Below are positions 1 to 14,152 of a stretch of 64,000 nt of DNA, piece by piece. The notes beneath the pieces were generated by a model. That model had not been told where the DNA came from and did no database searches. It saw nothing but the letters and a program-made list of their open reading frames with translations. The DNA comes from an uncultured delta proteobacterium (GTDB taxonomy: Bacteria; Desulfobacterota; Binatia; HRBIN30; BPIQ01): assembly GCA_963761335.1 (NCBI GenBank), contig CAVXGR010000018.1:448001-512000 (forward strand). Direction: 5' to 3'. Each line of letters begins with the position of its first letter. Position 1 is the first letter of the stretch. The position numbers and the translations under genes were made by a program.

Positions 1-764
1 TTTCCGAGATCGTGGAACTGCTTGTAGCTCACCGCCTCGGCCATGCGCCCGCGGCGCGCCAGCAGCGCCATGATGGAGATGACGAAGGCGAAGGCCGAGA
101 CCCCCTGGCCGCCGATGAACATGATCCCGTAGATGGTCGAGAACCAGTGGGGATCGAGCGACATGCCCCAGTCGATGGAGGCGAGCGTCACGGTGAGGGC
201 ATACAGCAGGATCCCGCCGCGGCTCAGCAGCTGCAGCTTGCGGCCGAGGCGCGGGTCGGCGCTCTCGTCCTGCTGCGCCGACCATCGCATCAGCAGGCGC
301 GACACCAGCACCCAGATGGCGAAGTAGATGACCGCGCGGCCGACGAAGAACGGCGCACTCAGATAGATGCCCTTGAAGCCGCTCAGCGGATGATGCGCCA
401 TCTCCATCGGCCGCGCCCACGCGTAGAGGTGCGTCAGGCCGACGATGACCGGGATGAAGAGCAGCGCCAGAACCGGCAGGGTGGCGCTCCCGGACTCGAG
501 CACGCGGCGGATCACCGCTCCCCAGGTGCCGCCGGTGATGTGCTGCAGCATGAGAATGGCGAGGCAGCCGAGGGCGATGCCGCTCCAGAAGATGTAGGAA
601 ACCAGGTAGGAGCGGAAGAACTGCGTCGGCGTCAGCACGGCGCCGATCAGGGACAGCGCCAGGGCGATTCCGCCGATGACGAACGCCGGCGTCTGCAGCC
701 GGTTGAGCAAGTCCTCGGGGCCGAGGAAGATCGCCTCTTCTCTGCTTTCCGCTCTGCTAGTCAT
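1..764 (-). CDS. actF: Alternative complex III membrane subunit ActF (partial; runs off the left edge)
   Basis: Not in the ORF track because no stop lies in the window. Manual translation from ATG 764 gives MTSRAESREEAIFLGPEDLLNRLQTPAFVIGGIALALSLIGAVLTPTQFFRSYLVSYIFWSGIALGCLAILMLQHITGGTW, a polytopic ActF-like protein overlapping the actE stop. Confidence 0.85.
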   Translation of the reverse strand, partial: MTSRAESREEAIFLGPEDLLNRLQTPAFVIGGIALALSLIGAVLTPTQFFRSYLVSYIFWSGIALGCLAILMLQHITGGTWGAVIRRVLESGSATLPVLALLFIPVIVGLTHLYAWARPMEMAHHPLSGFKGIYLSAPFFVGRAVIYFAIWVLVSRLLMRWSAQQDESADPRLGRKLQLLSRGGILLYALTVTLASIDWGMSLDPHWFSTIYGIMFIGGQGVSAFAFVISIMALLARRGRMAEAVSYKQFHDLG

Positions 765-1356
765 TCGCCTTCAGCTTCTGTTGCTCCGCGGCGGGAACGT
801 CCGACAGGCGCGCGTCCTGGCTCAGCTGCAGGGCGCGGATGTAGGCGATGATCGCCCAGCGGTCGTGCACCGGCACCTGCCCCCGATAGCTCGGCATGGC
901 GCCGAAGCCGTGGGTGATCACGTCGAAGATATAGCCGTCGGCGATTCCCCGCAGCCGGTTGGTGTGGAAGCTGGCGGCACGCCGGTAGCCGCGCCGCACG
1001 ATCATGCCTTCGCCGGTGCCGACGCGGTCGTGACACGGCGAGCAGTAGATGTTGAAGCGCTGCTGCCCGCGCTCCAGAAGGGCGCGGTTCACCTCGAGTG
1101 GGTTCTCGCGGACGAACTCCTTTCCGGATTTCCCCGTCTCGATCACCGGGTCCGCCTCCAGCTGGCCGCGGGCGACGGTGCCGGGGAGCTGGTGGCGCGA
1201 CGAGCGGCCGTCGGCGAAGAAGGCGCTTGGCTGCAGCGGCTTGAACTTGGGCTGGTCCGCCATCTGCTGGCGGCAGCCGGCGGCGCCGGCAAGCAGCAGC
1301 GCTGCCGCCACCACCGCCGTCCGGCGCGAAAGGCGTCGTCTCTGCGCGGCGCGCAT
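757..1356 (-). CDS. actE: Alternative complex III monoheme cytochrome c lipoprotein ActE
   Basis: Lipobox-like LLAGAAGC, MADQPK motif and one CSPCH heme site; start taken at MRAAQ (1356). Confidence 0.88.
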   Translation of the reverse strand: MRAAQRRRLSRRTAVVAAALLLAGAAGCRQQMADQPKFKPLQPSAFFADGRSSRHQLPGTVARGQLEADPVIETGKSGKEFVRENPLEVNRALLERGQQRFNIYCSPCHDRVGTGEGMIVRRGYRRAASFHTNRLRGIADGYIFDVITHGFGAMPSYRGQVPVHDRWAIIAYIRALQLSQDARLSDVPAAEQQKLKAND

Positions 1357-1358
1357 GC

Positions 1359-1889
1359 TCAGTGCTCCACCTCGGTCACGGTGCGCGGCACCGAGCGCTC
1401 CAGGAAGCGGCGCGTTCCGTCGCGGTCGAACTTCGGATCGGTGGCCTCGATGCACAGAAAGAAGCGGTCGCGACTCGCCAGCGCAAATCGCGGTACGTTG
1501 AACACCGGGTGATACGGCTGTGGCAGCCCGTTCAGCGCCAGCATGCCGAGCACCGCGGCGAGCGCCGCGAACAGCACCGTCAGCTCGAAGGTGATCGGAA
1601 TGAAGGATGGCCAGCTGTTCAGCGGCCGGCCGCCGACGTTGAGCGGATAGTAGATCGCCGACGCCCAGTACTGTCCGAAAAAGGCGGTGAAGGTGCCGAG
1701 CAGTCCGCCGATCAACACGATCAGCGGCAGCGTCCGCCGCGGGCCGAGCTCGTGGTTGAGCTCCTCGATCGGGAACGGCGTGTACGCATCCATGTGCGTG
1801 TAGCCATCCTCCTTGGCGCGACGCACGGCGGCCAGCAGGTCGTTCGGGTCGTTGAACTCGGCCATCAGGCCGTAGATCGGCGGTCGCAT
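1359..1889 (-). CDS. actD: Alternative complex III subunit ActD (DUF3341)
   Basis: C-terminal part of ORF 1359..3005 from MRPPIYGLMAEF; DAYTPFP and GGRPLNSWPSFIPITFELTVLFA motifs; two TM helices. Confidence 0.9.
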   Translation of the reverse strand: MRPPIYGLMAEFNDPNDLLAAVRRAKEDGYTHMDAYTPFPIEELNHELGPRRTLPLIVLIGGLLGTFTAFFGQYWASAIYYPLNVGGRPLNSWPSFIPITFELTVLFAALAAVLGMLALNGLPQPYHPVFNVPRFALASRDRFFLCIEATDPKFDRDGTRRFLERSVPRTVTEVEH

Positions 1890-3279
1890 CACCCCACCTC
1901 CTCCTTGATCTCCGCCTCCGGTAGGAGCTGTCGCATCTCGAAGATCGAGATCATCGGCAGGAAACGGATGAAGAGGAACAGCAGACTGAGAAATAGACCG
2001 ATGGTGCCGAGGAAGGTCGCCCAATCCCAGATCGTCGGGTAGTACATTCCCCATGCGGAGGGCATGAAGTCGCGATGCAGGCTGGTGACGACGATGATGA
2101 AGCGCTCCAGCCACATGCCCACGTTGACGATCAGGGCGATAATGAACAGCACTACGGGGTTGCTGCGCACCCGCTGGAACCAGAGGAGCTGCACGACGCC
2201 GATGTTGCAGAACAGCAGGAGCCAGTACCAGGGGGCATACGGACCGCTCATGCGGTTGAAGATCATGTAGGTTTCGAAGGGGCTGCCGCTGTAGAAGGCC
2301 ATGAAGGCTTCGGTGACGTAGCCGTAGCCGACGATCAGCCCGGTGGCGAGCATCACCCGCGCCATCAGGTCGAGGTGGCGCTTGGTGACGAAGTCCTCCA
2401 GGCCGTAGGCCCAACGCAGCGGGATCGCCAGGGTCAGGACCATGCCGAACCCGGAGTAGATGGCGCCGGCCACGAAGTACGGCGGAAAAATAGTCGAGTG
2501 CCAGCCGGGGACGATGGCCACGGCGAAATCGAAGCTGACCACGGTGTGTACCGAGACCACCAGCGGCGTCGACAAGCCGGCCATCAGCAGGTAGGCCGTC
2601 TCGTAGCGGCTCCAGTGAATACTCGAGCCGCGCCAGCCCATGGCCAGCAGACCGTACGTGGCCCGGCCGATGCGGCTCGGGGAGCGGTCGCGCAGCGTCG
2701 CCAGGTCGGGGATGAGGCCGATGTACCAGAACATCAGCGACACGATGAGATAGGTGCTGACCGCGAAGACGTCCCACACCAGCGGGCTGCGGAACTGCGG
2801 CAGCAGCTGCATGGTGTTGGGGTAGGGCAGCAGCCAGTAGAAGAACCACGGCCGCCCCATGTGCAGCAGCGGGAAGATCCCGGCGCAGGCGACGGCGAAC
2901 AGCGTCATCGCCTCCGCGAAGCGATTGATCGAGGTGCGCCAGTTCTGCCGCAGCAGCAGCAGGATGGCGGAGATCAGCGTTCCGGCGTGGCCGATGCCGA
3001 TCCACCAGACGAAGTTGATGATGGCGAATCCCCAGGCGATCGGGATGTTGATGCCCCAGATGCCGACGCCTTTCACCAGCAGATAGGAGACGGCGACCAT
3101 CAGGGTCATGAACAGCAGGAAGGAGAGGAAGAAGCCGACGTACCAGCCGCGCGGCGTCGGCTGCGTCAGCACGATCGAGCTGATCTTCTCGGTGACCGAG
3201 CTGAAGTCGTGACCGGGGCCGATCACCGGCACCGGCCGGCCCGGCGGCGGGGCCGGTGCGGCCTCATCGGGGCGTTGGC

Positions 3280-3283
<4 letters not shown>
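1889..3283 (-). CDS. actC: Alternative complex III NrfD/PsrC-type quinol-binding subunit ActC
   Basis: NFVWWIGIGHAGTLISAIL, WRTSINRFAEAMT, SPLVWDVFA and GWHSTIFPPYFVAGAI motifs. Confidence 0.93.
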
Positions 3284-6300
<3,017 letters not shown>

Positions 6301-6316
6301 TGGATTCTCGGGGCTC

Positions 6317-6967
6317 CTACCGGTGACAGGTGTCGCAATCCGTACGCGTTCGGATGTTGTATTCCTTGATCAGCTGCCGGCCCAGGGTCACCTGGTCGAT
6401 CTCGGGCTCCCACTCCATGTCGAAGACGTGCTCTTTCGGTCGGATGTAGAGCTCGGGATTGCGATGGCAGTTCAGGCACCACTCCATCTGCAGCGAGTTC
6501 TGCTTCCAGGTCAGGTTCATCTGGTCGACGCGGCCGTGGCAGGTGACGCAACCGACGCCCTTCTGTACATGGATGCTGTGGTTGAAATAGACAAAGCCCG
6601 CAAGCGAATGCACTTTCGTCCAGTGGATGGGTTTGTCGTTGCGAAAGCTGTCGCGCACCGGCTCCAGATACGGGCTGTTGATCCAGATCTGCGCATGACA
6701 GTTCATACAGGTCTGCGTCGGTGGGATGTTGGCGTAGCTCGAGTCCTCCACCGACGTGTGGCAGTAGCGACAATCGATGCCGAGCTCGCCCGCGTGATGG
6801 CGATGGCTGAACTGCACCGGCTGCTCGCGGGCGACCTGCGCAAGGGTTACGTACGACGATCGATTGATCATCGCCGACCCCCAGGCAATCGCGCCAAGCA
6901 CAAAGATGGCCCCGAATATGCTGAGCTTCGACAGCGTATTCGTGCTCGGGTGAAAAATTTGAGGCAT
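6317..6967 (-). CDS. actA: Alternative complex III pentaheme cytochrome c ActA
   Basis: MPQIF start, one TM helix, QPVQFSHRHH and five CxxCH sites (CRYCH, CMNCH, CVTCH, CLNCH, CDTCH). Confidence 0.93.
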   Translation of the reverse strand: MPQIFHPSTNTLSKLSIFGAIFVLGAIAWGSAMINRSSYVTLAQVAREQPVQFSHRHHAGELGIDCRYCHTSVEDSSYANIPPTQTCMNCHAQIWINSPYLEPVRDSFRNDKPIHWTKVHSLAGFVYFNHSIHVQKGVGCVTCHGRVDQMNLTWKQNSLQMEWCLNCHRNPELYIRPKEHVFDMEWEPEIDQVTLGRQLIKEYNIRTRTDCDTCHR

Positions 6968-6979
6968 GCGTTGGCGCCA

Positions 6980-7007
6980 ATCGTACTCAGAGTGAAACGG
7001 AAGGCAA
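6980..7007 (-). promoter_or_regulatory. Putative sigma70-type promoter of the act operon
   Basis: Minus strand TTGCCT-N16-TACGAT shortly upstream of the actA ATG, in a less GC-rich gap. Confidence 0.35.
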
Positions 7008-7105
7008 TATGGGGAGTCGAGAAATCAATTCAGCGATGCCAGTAGAGTCGTTTATGGGGCGCCCGCCGCGATCGGGACTCGCGGCGCCGCCCGGACGCAT
7101 CTTCG

Positions 7106-8533
7106 TCAACGCCCGCGTCCCGGCGCTGTTGGCGGCGGCAGCGTGCGGATGCGGGCGCGATAGGTGACGGTGGTCTCACCGCCGGCCGCGACGGCGACCT
7201 CGAAGCGCAGCGTGTGGGCATCGGCGCGGGTGTGCGGATGGGACGCCGAGAGCACCTCCCACTCCGCCGGCATCGGCTCCAGCAGCTTCACGTCGACGGG
7301 CTCCCCCTTGTGATTGCGGACACCGATCTCCCAGGCGACCTCCCAGCTACTCGAGTCGATCACCTTGTAATCCGTCTGCTTGCGCTCGCCGACCACGTCG
7401 AAGGACTGGCCCAGGTGCAGATGCACGCGCTCCCCGCGCGGCGTCTGCGGCAGGCGGTCCTCGCCCACGAACTGCTCGACGCCGCCGCCGGCGGCGGCGC
7501 GGTAGACGCGCGCCGTGCCGGCGGGCAGGGGCTCGTCCGAGGTGTTCTCCAGCTCGACCACCACCTCCGCATGCTGAGGTGGCGGCGGCTCCGGCTGCGG
7601 CCCGCGGCTGAAGTGCTCGGCGCCGCTCAGCACCAGGTACTTCGTGGCCTTGACCTGGGCCTGGAGGAGCTGCAGCTGCACCGACGCCTCCGGCCCGATC
7701 GTCGTGGGGCGATCGAGTGAGTAGACGTGATACTCGAAGAGGGGCTCTTGCGCCATCTCGGGCTGCGTCGCAGCGGCCCTCGCCTTCATCTCGAATGAGC
7801 GCGCGTACAGCGGCTGCGGTGCTGGCGCGCGGTTCACGGTGCCCGCCACCAGCTGGAGCTGAGCGTCCGGGTAGGCGGCGCCGCTGTGGTTTTCGACTGT
7901 TGCCCACGCGCTGAGGCGCGCCTCGGTCTCGTCGGCGGCGAGGCGCACGACGTAGTCGGCGCGCCAGCCGATTTGCTCGGTGAGGTAGGTCAGCTCGGTG
8001 GTGAATGCGGAGCTGGGCACCTTCGCCAGCTTCCAGATCAGCGTCGGCTCGGTCACCACCTCGGGGAGGTCGGGCAGCACCAGACGCCCGGGAGGATCGA
8101 GGAGGATCTGATCGCCGGCGCGGAAGACGCTCGGGTTGGCGGCGCTCAGCAGCGTCGCCTCGATCTGCTCGGCGACCCCGGTGGCCGGGTTGTCGCGCAC
8201 GATCTTCACCGTCTTGCCGACGTAGCTCTGCAGCAGCTGTGCGTTGCTCTGCAGATCGTCGGCAAAGCGCTGCTCGACGACGTCGATACCGCCTCTGCCG
8301 ATCTGCACGGAGCCCGGCAGCAGGTGCGCCGGCACTCCGGTCAGGCGCAGCTCGAGGTCCCCGGCGGCGGCCTGTACCCGACGCGTCTCGCGCACCAGGG
8401 CCAGGTTTGCCCCGTAGACGGTGAGGGCGAGGGAGGTGCGATCCGCGGCCGTCGAGACCATCGGGCCCGCAGAGGCGGGCGACGTCGCCAGGAGCGTCAG
8501 GCAGAGCAGGGGGAGAAGGAGAGCTCGTTTCAT
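7106..8533 (-). CDS. Secreted DUF4139/DUF4140-family protein
   Basis: Signal peptide; LTVYGANLALVRETR, YLTEQIGWRADY, LFEYHVYSL and PLPAGTARVY motifs typical of the family. Confidence 0.75.
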   Translation of the reverse strand: MKRALLLPLLCLTLLATSPASAGPMVSTAADRTSLALTVYGANLALVRETRRVQAAAGDLELRLTGVPAHLLPGSVQIGRGGIDVVEQRFADDLQSNAQLLQSYVGKTVKIVRDNPATGVAEQIEATLLSAANPSVFRAGDQILLDPPGRLVLPDLPEVVTEPTLIWKLAKVPSSAFTTELTYLTEQIGWRADYVVRLAADETEARLSAWATVENHSGAAYPDAQLQLVAGTVNRAPAPQPLYARSFEMKARAAATQPEMAQEPLFEYHVYSLDRPTTIGPEASVQLQLLQAQVKATKYLVLSGAEHFSRGPQPEPPPPQHAEVVVELENTSDEPLPAGTARVYRAAAGGGVEQFVGEDRLPQTPRGERVHLHLGQSFDVVGERKQTDYKVIDSSSWEVAWEIGVRNHKGEPVDVKLLEPMPAEWEVLSASHPHTRADAHTLRFEVAVAAGGETTVTYRARIRTLPPPTAPGRGR

Positions 8534-8634
8534 CAGACCGTCTCCGGGCGCGAGCGGCGCGCCGGGGCCGATCTATCGCGCCGCCGGGGCGGCTGCAAGC
8601 ATTCTTTGTCGAGGATCGGGGCGGCGCGGTGCCG

Positions 8635-10563
<1,929 letters not shown>

Positions 10564-10591
10564 CCCGCGTTCCGGGGGATGGGGCGCTACT

Positions 10592-11896
10592 TCAGCAGGC
10601 TTCTCGTGTCGGGATGGCTTGGCGGGGCGTGACTTTTGTCTCGAATGGAGCGTTCGCAGTTGCCGCTGCTTGGCCGAGCGCCTCGGCCTCGATCTCGACG
10701 ACGGTGATCTCCCGGGGCGTGAACAGGCGGATCCGCTGGCCGGTGCAGCCGAGCCCGCGGTTGACGTAGAGGAAGCTGTCGCCGTCGGCATAGAGGCCCC
10801 GGTCGTAGGGAGTGATGAAGCGGGCGAGGGTGAAGCGGCGGCCGCCGATCGGTGGCAGCGACAGCTGGCCGCCGTGGGTATGGCCGGAGAGAACCAGGTC
10901 CACGCCTGCCGCCGCCGCCTGCGGGAAGAGGTCGGGGCGATGCGAGAGCAGGATCACCGGCTCTCCCGGACAGAGATCCGCCTCGATGGCCTGCAGGCCC
11001 GGGTGGCGGCGGACGCCGCGTGCCCAGTCGCGCCCGAGATCGTCGACCCCGGCAATGTGCAGCCGGCAGCCGCCGACCTCGACGGTGGCGACCTGATTGC
11101 GCAGCAGGGTGAACGGCGTCAGCCGTCGCAGGCCGTCGCTGACCTCCTCGGCGCCGGCGGCGACGTCGTGGTTGCCGAGAATGACGAACACCCCCAGCCG
11201 CGCCCGCAGCCCGGCGAGCACCGGAAAGCCGCTGGCGATGGCGCTGGCGTGATCGAGCAGGTCGCCGGTGATGACGATCAGGTCGGCTTCCAGCCGGTTG
11301 ACGCGCCCGACGTACTCCCGCAGCAGGTCGGGTGACATGTAACCGCCGATGTGAATGTCGCTGATGTGGGCGATGCGCAGCCCGGCGAGGGCAGGGCCGG
11401 CGTGGCGCAGCGGCAGCCGCAGATGGGTGATGCCGAGGCGCTGATGGCCGAAGGTGTAGCCGTACAGAAAGAGCAGTCCGATGCCGAGCAGCCCGGCGGT
11501 CGAGGTCCACTGATATCCGGTCAGCGGCAGCGTGGCGACCAGGCCACGGTCTGCAGCCGCCAGGGAGACGTCCTGCGTCAGCATCGCCAGTATCTTCCAT
11601 GCGGCGGTATTGAAGAGGAGAAAGGCGAAGCCGAAGACGGAGGTGAAGGCGAAGGCGGCGTAGAGGCGCACGCCGCGGTGCTGCCAGCGCATCGGATGGC
11701 GGCGGACGAGCTTCATCACCGAGAAGTTGACGAGCCACACGATGAGCGGTCCGACGACGTGGGTCCATCCCGGCAGGTGAGCTCCGGCGGCGGCGGCCAG
11801 CCAGGCGCCGCAAGCCCATTCGCCGACGGCGATGGCAAACAGCAGCAGGCGGAAGAAATGGCGGAAAAATAGCCGCTGAGCTCGCTCGAGATCCAT
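10592..11896 (-). CDS. Membrane-anchored metallophosphoesterase (YkuE-like)
   Basis: N-terminal TMs; SDIH, TGDLLD, GNHD, LSH and SGHTHGGQ calcineurin-like motifs. Confidence 0.88.
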   Translation of the reverse strand: MDLERAQRLFFRHFFRLLLFAIAVGEWACGAWLAAAAGAHLPGWTHVVGPLIVWLVNFSVMKLVRRHPMRWQHRGVRLYAAFAFTSVFGFAFLLFNTAAWKILAMLTQDVSLAAADRGLVATLPLTGYQWTSTAGLLGIGLLFLYGYTFGHQRLGITHLRLPLRHAGPALAGLRIAHISDIHIGGYMSPDLLREYVGRVNRLEADLIVITGDLLDHASAIASGFPVLAGLRARLGVFVILGNHDVAAGAEEVSDGLRRLTPFTLLRNQVATVEVGGCRLHIAGVDDLGRDWARGVRRHPGLQAIEADLCPGEPVILLSHRPDLFPQAAAAGVDLVLSGHTHGGQLSLPPIGGRRFTLARFITPYDRGLYADGDSFLYVNRGLGCTGQRIRLFTPREITVVEIEAEALGQAAATANAPFETKVTPRQAIPTREAC

Positions 11897-11971
11897 TGAC
11901 GCGGGTGTCCGGGAAGCCGTTACGTTAGCCGAGCCCGGCGGGCTGGGCAACCGCGATGATGGCGATGATGG

Positions 11972-12841
11972 CTAGCTTCCGGGCCTCCCGACCGACGCGA
12001 TCAGTCCCTCGCCCAGCCACTGCTGCAGCATGCGCAGGGCGGCGGCGGCGGCGCTTTCGGCATCCGACTCTTCGCCGACGGCGCCGCAGATCGCCGCGAA
12101 CGAGGCGCCCTCGAGCAGCAGGGACAGACAGCGGTGTTCGAGAGCTTGGAGGCGGCGGTGGAAGACGCGGAGCTGCTGGCGCCACACCTGCACGCTCACC
12201 GCCTCGAGTCGCGCCGCCTCGCAGGCGCCGGCGCTGCCGGCCTCGGTGGCAGCTTCCGCCGCCACCGCCACTTCCCATACCGCGTCGGCGTTCCATTCCA
12301 GATCGAGGATCTGCACCGACGCCGTCGGCTGGAAGCGCGCCGCCGCCCAGCTGTCTGCGGGCAGCGACGCCAGCGCGGCGGCGCTGAGCACGGGCGTGTC
12401 GGCGGCGTCGAAGGAGTCCAGGATCGCCGCCTCGAGCCGCGCCAGGTCGGCGAGGAACGGATGCTCGCGAGCGAGCGGATGGCGGCGGAGGAACTCCGGC
12501 AGACGGACTCCGGCATGGCGCAGCGAGTAGTGCGCCGGCGGGTGCTCCAGCAGGTAGTCGGTGACCAGGTTGTGAAAACGCGTTTCCCCGAGGACGCCGA
12601 GCACTGCCGGATAATCCTCGCGGAGGCAGTCGAGGAGGCGGTAGAAATACATGTTGCCGTAGATGTCGAGGCGCTCGACCGCCCCGAGCCGCGCATCTCC
12701 GGCGACGATGTCGCCCAGCTCCGCCGCGGCGACGCCGCCTTCCGCCGCCAGCGCACGCAGGCCGCTGGCGACCCCCTCAGGCGCGGTGATCAGCTGCCAG
12801 AGAAGCCGTTGCAGCTCCCCCAGGGGCAGGGAAGAGGGCAT
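11972..12841 (-). CDS. DUF2063-family MNIO partner protein (BufC/HvfC-like)
   Basis: [14 protein letters not shown]...DYP and DLARLE motifs; directly downstream of the DUF692 gene. Confidence 0.82.
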   Translation of the reverse strand: MPSSLPLGELQRLLWQLITAPEGVASGLRALAAEGGVAAAELGDIVAGDARLGAVERLDIYGNMYFYRLLDCLREDYPAVLGVLGETRFHNLVTDYLLEHPPAHYSLRHAGVRLPEFLRRHPLAREHPFLADLARLEAAILDSFDAADTPVLSAAALASLPADSWAAARFQPTASVQILDLEWNADAVWEVAVAAEAATEAGSAGACEAARLEAVSVQVWRQQLRVFHRRLQALEHRCLSLLLEGASFAAICGAVGEESDAESAAAAALRMLQQWLGEGLIASVGRPGS

Positions 12842-13658
12842 GGTTGGCCTCGCCGATTTGCCGGGCTCGCCGCAGCTCCGCTTCGAGCTCCGCGAACGGC
12901 GGGATGTTGTCGTCGCGCTCGATCAGCGTCGCGACCGGGCCGAAGCGCTGCAGCGCGTGCGCATACAGCTCCCACACCGGCTCGATGATGTCCTGGTCGT
13001 GGGTGTCGAGCCGGTAGGTGCCGTGGTCGGTGTGACCGGCCAGGTGAAACTGCCGGACGCGCGACGGCGGCACGGCGTCGATGAAGGTGCGCGGGTCGTA
13101 GCCATGGTTGAAGGCGCTGACGAAGACGTTGTTGACGTCCAGCAGCAGCAGGCAGTCGGCGCGCGCGGCCACGGCGCTGAGGAACTCCCACTCGGGCATC
13201 GCCGAGTGGCGGAAGGTCAGATAGCTGGAGACGTTCTCGAGCAGAAGTCGCCTGCCGAGGAAGTCCTGCACCTGTTGCACGCGCGAGACCACGTGTTCCA
13301 GGGCCTCCTCCGTGTACGGCAGCGGCAGGAGGTCGTGGAGGTTATGGCTGCCGATTCCGGTCCAGCACAGGTGGTCGGAAATCCATGCCGGCTCGACGCG
13401 CTGCGCCAGCCGCGCCAGCTCGCGCAGATAGCTGCGGTCGAGCGGATCGGCCGAGCCGATCGACAGCGACACTCCGTGCATGGCGATCGGATAGAGCGAG
13501 CGCACCTGATCGAGGATGTGAAGGGGGCGCCCCCCGGCGACCATGAAGTTCTCGGAGATGATCTCGAACCAGTCGACCGCCGGGCGGTGCTCGATGACGT
13601 GCTGGTAATGTGGCTTGCGGAGGCCGAGGCCGAAGCCGAGATCGAGGTGCGGGGGCAT
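12777..13658 (-). CDS. DUF692 multinuclear non-heme iron oxidative enzyme (MNIO, BufB-like)
   Basis: [38 protein letters not shown] and IERD metal-ligand motifs; start at MPPHL. Confidence 0.93.
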   Translation of the reverse strand: MPPHLDLGFGLGLRKPHYQHVIEHRPAVDWFEIISENFMVAGGRPLHILDQVRSLYPIAMHGVSLSIGSADPLDRSYLRELARLAQRVEPAWISDHLCWTGIGSHNLHDLLPLPYTEEALEHVVSRVQQVQDFLGRRLLLENVSSYLTFRHSAMPEWEFLSAVAARADCLLLLDVNNVFVSAFNHGYDPRTFIDAVPPSRVRQFHLAGHTDHGTYRLDTHDQDIIEPVWELYAHALQRFGPVATLIERDDNIPPFAELEAELRRARQIGEANHALFPAPGGAATASLAADHRA

Positions 13659-13744
13659 GGCTGGATTGCCGATGGCTTGAGCGGGACACGTGGGGCTGCC
13701 GGCGGTGCGGCGTCGCGCCGCCGGCAGCCCCTCCCGTCGTCGAA

Positions 13745-14011
13745 CTACTTCTTGATCGTGCCGCCCTTCTCCGTGCAGTCTGCAGCGCTGAGCTCGATCC
13801 AGCCCTTGCCCTTGCACTCGTTCATGCCGGCGCAGTCGTGACCGGCGCCGCCGCAGGCGCCCTTGCCCTTGCAGGCGTTCACGCCTTCGCACTTCACCTT
13901 GGCCTCTTTCCCGTTCGCCGGCGCCGCCTCCTGGCCGGCGAGGGCGACCTGGGCCGCGAACAATCCGGCGACCGCCACGGCGACGAGGGCGCCTTTGCTT
14001 GCACTCTTCAT
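13745..14011 (-). CDS. Bufferin-type (BufA2-like) six-Cys RiPP precursor with signal peptide
   Basis: Sec signal ending VALA; core [14 protein letters not shown]...[12 protein letters not shown]...C with 6 Cys and two NxCKGKG repeats; GGAGG/GAGGA-type RBS; first gene upstream of DUF692. Confidence 0.85.
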   Translation of the reverse strand: MKSASKGALVAVAVAGLFAAQVALAGQEAAPANGKEAKVKCEGVNACKGKGACGGAGHDCAGMNECKGKGWIELSAADCTEKGGTIKK

Positions 14012-14104
14012 CGGATTCCTCCTCTTCTCTTTACCGGGCTGCAGCCCGGGAGCTGTGTAAAGACCACCGACCTCGATCTTGTCAACGAGGCCATCTCTGC
14101 CATG

Positions 14105-14130
14105 AACGCCGAACCGAGGCGTTTTGTTCC
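14105..14130 (-). promoter_or_regulatory. Putative ECF sigma promoter of the MNIO/RiPP operon
   Basis: Minus strand GGAAC-N17-CGTT about 95 nt upstream of the precursor ATG. Confidence 0.5.
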
Positions 14131-14152
14131 CGTCGCCCGCCTTGCCCCACGA

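Noticed and set aside
1890..3005. N-terminal extensions of tracked ORFs (actD, DUF692, icd, sucC, pbpC, ClC, hemerythrin)
   Set aside because: They overlap upstream genes or spacers; family homology starts at the downstream starts used.
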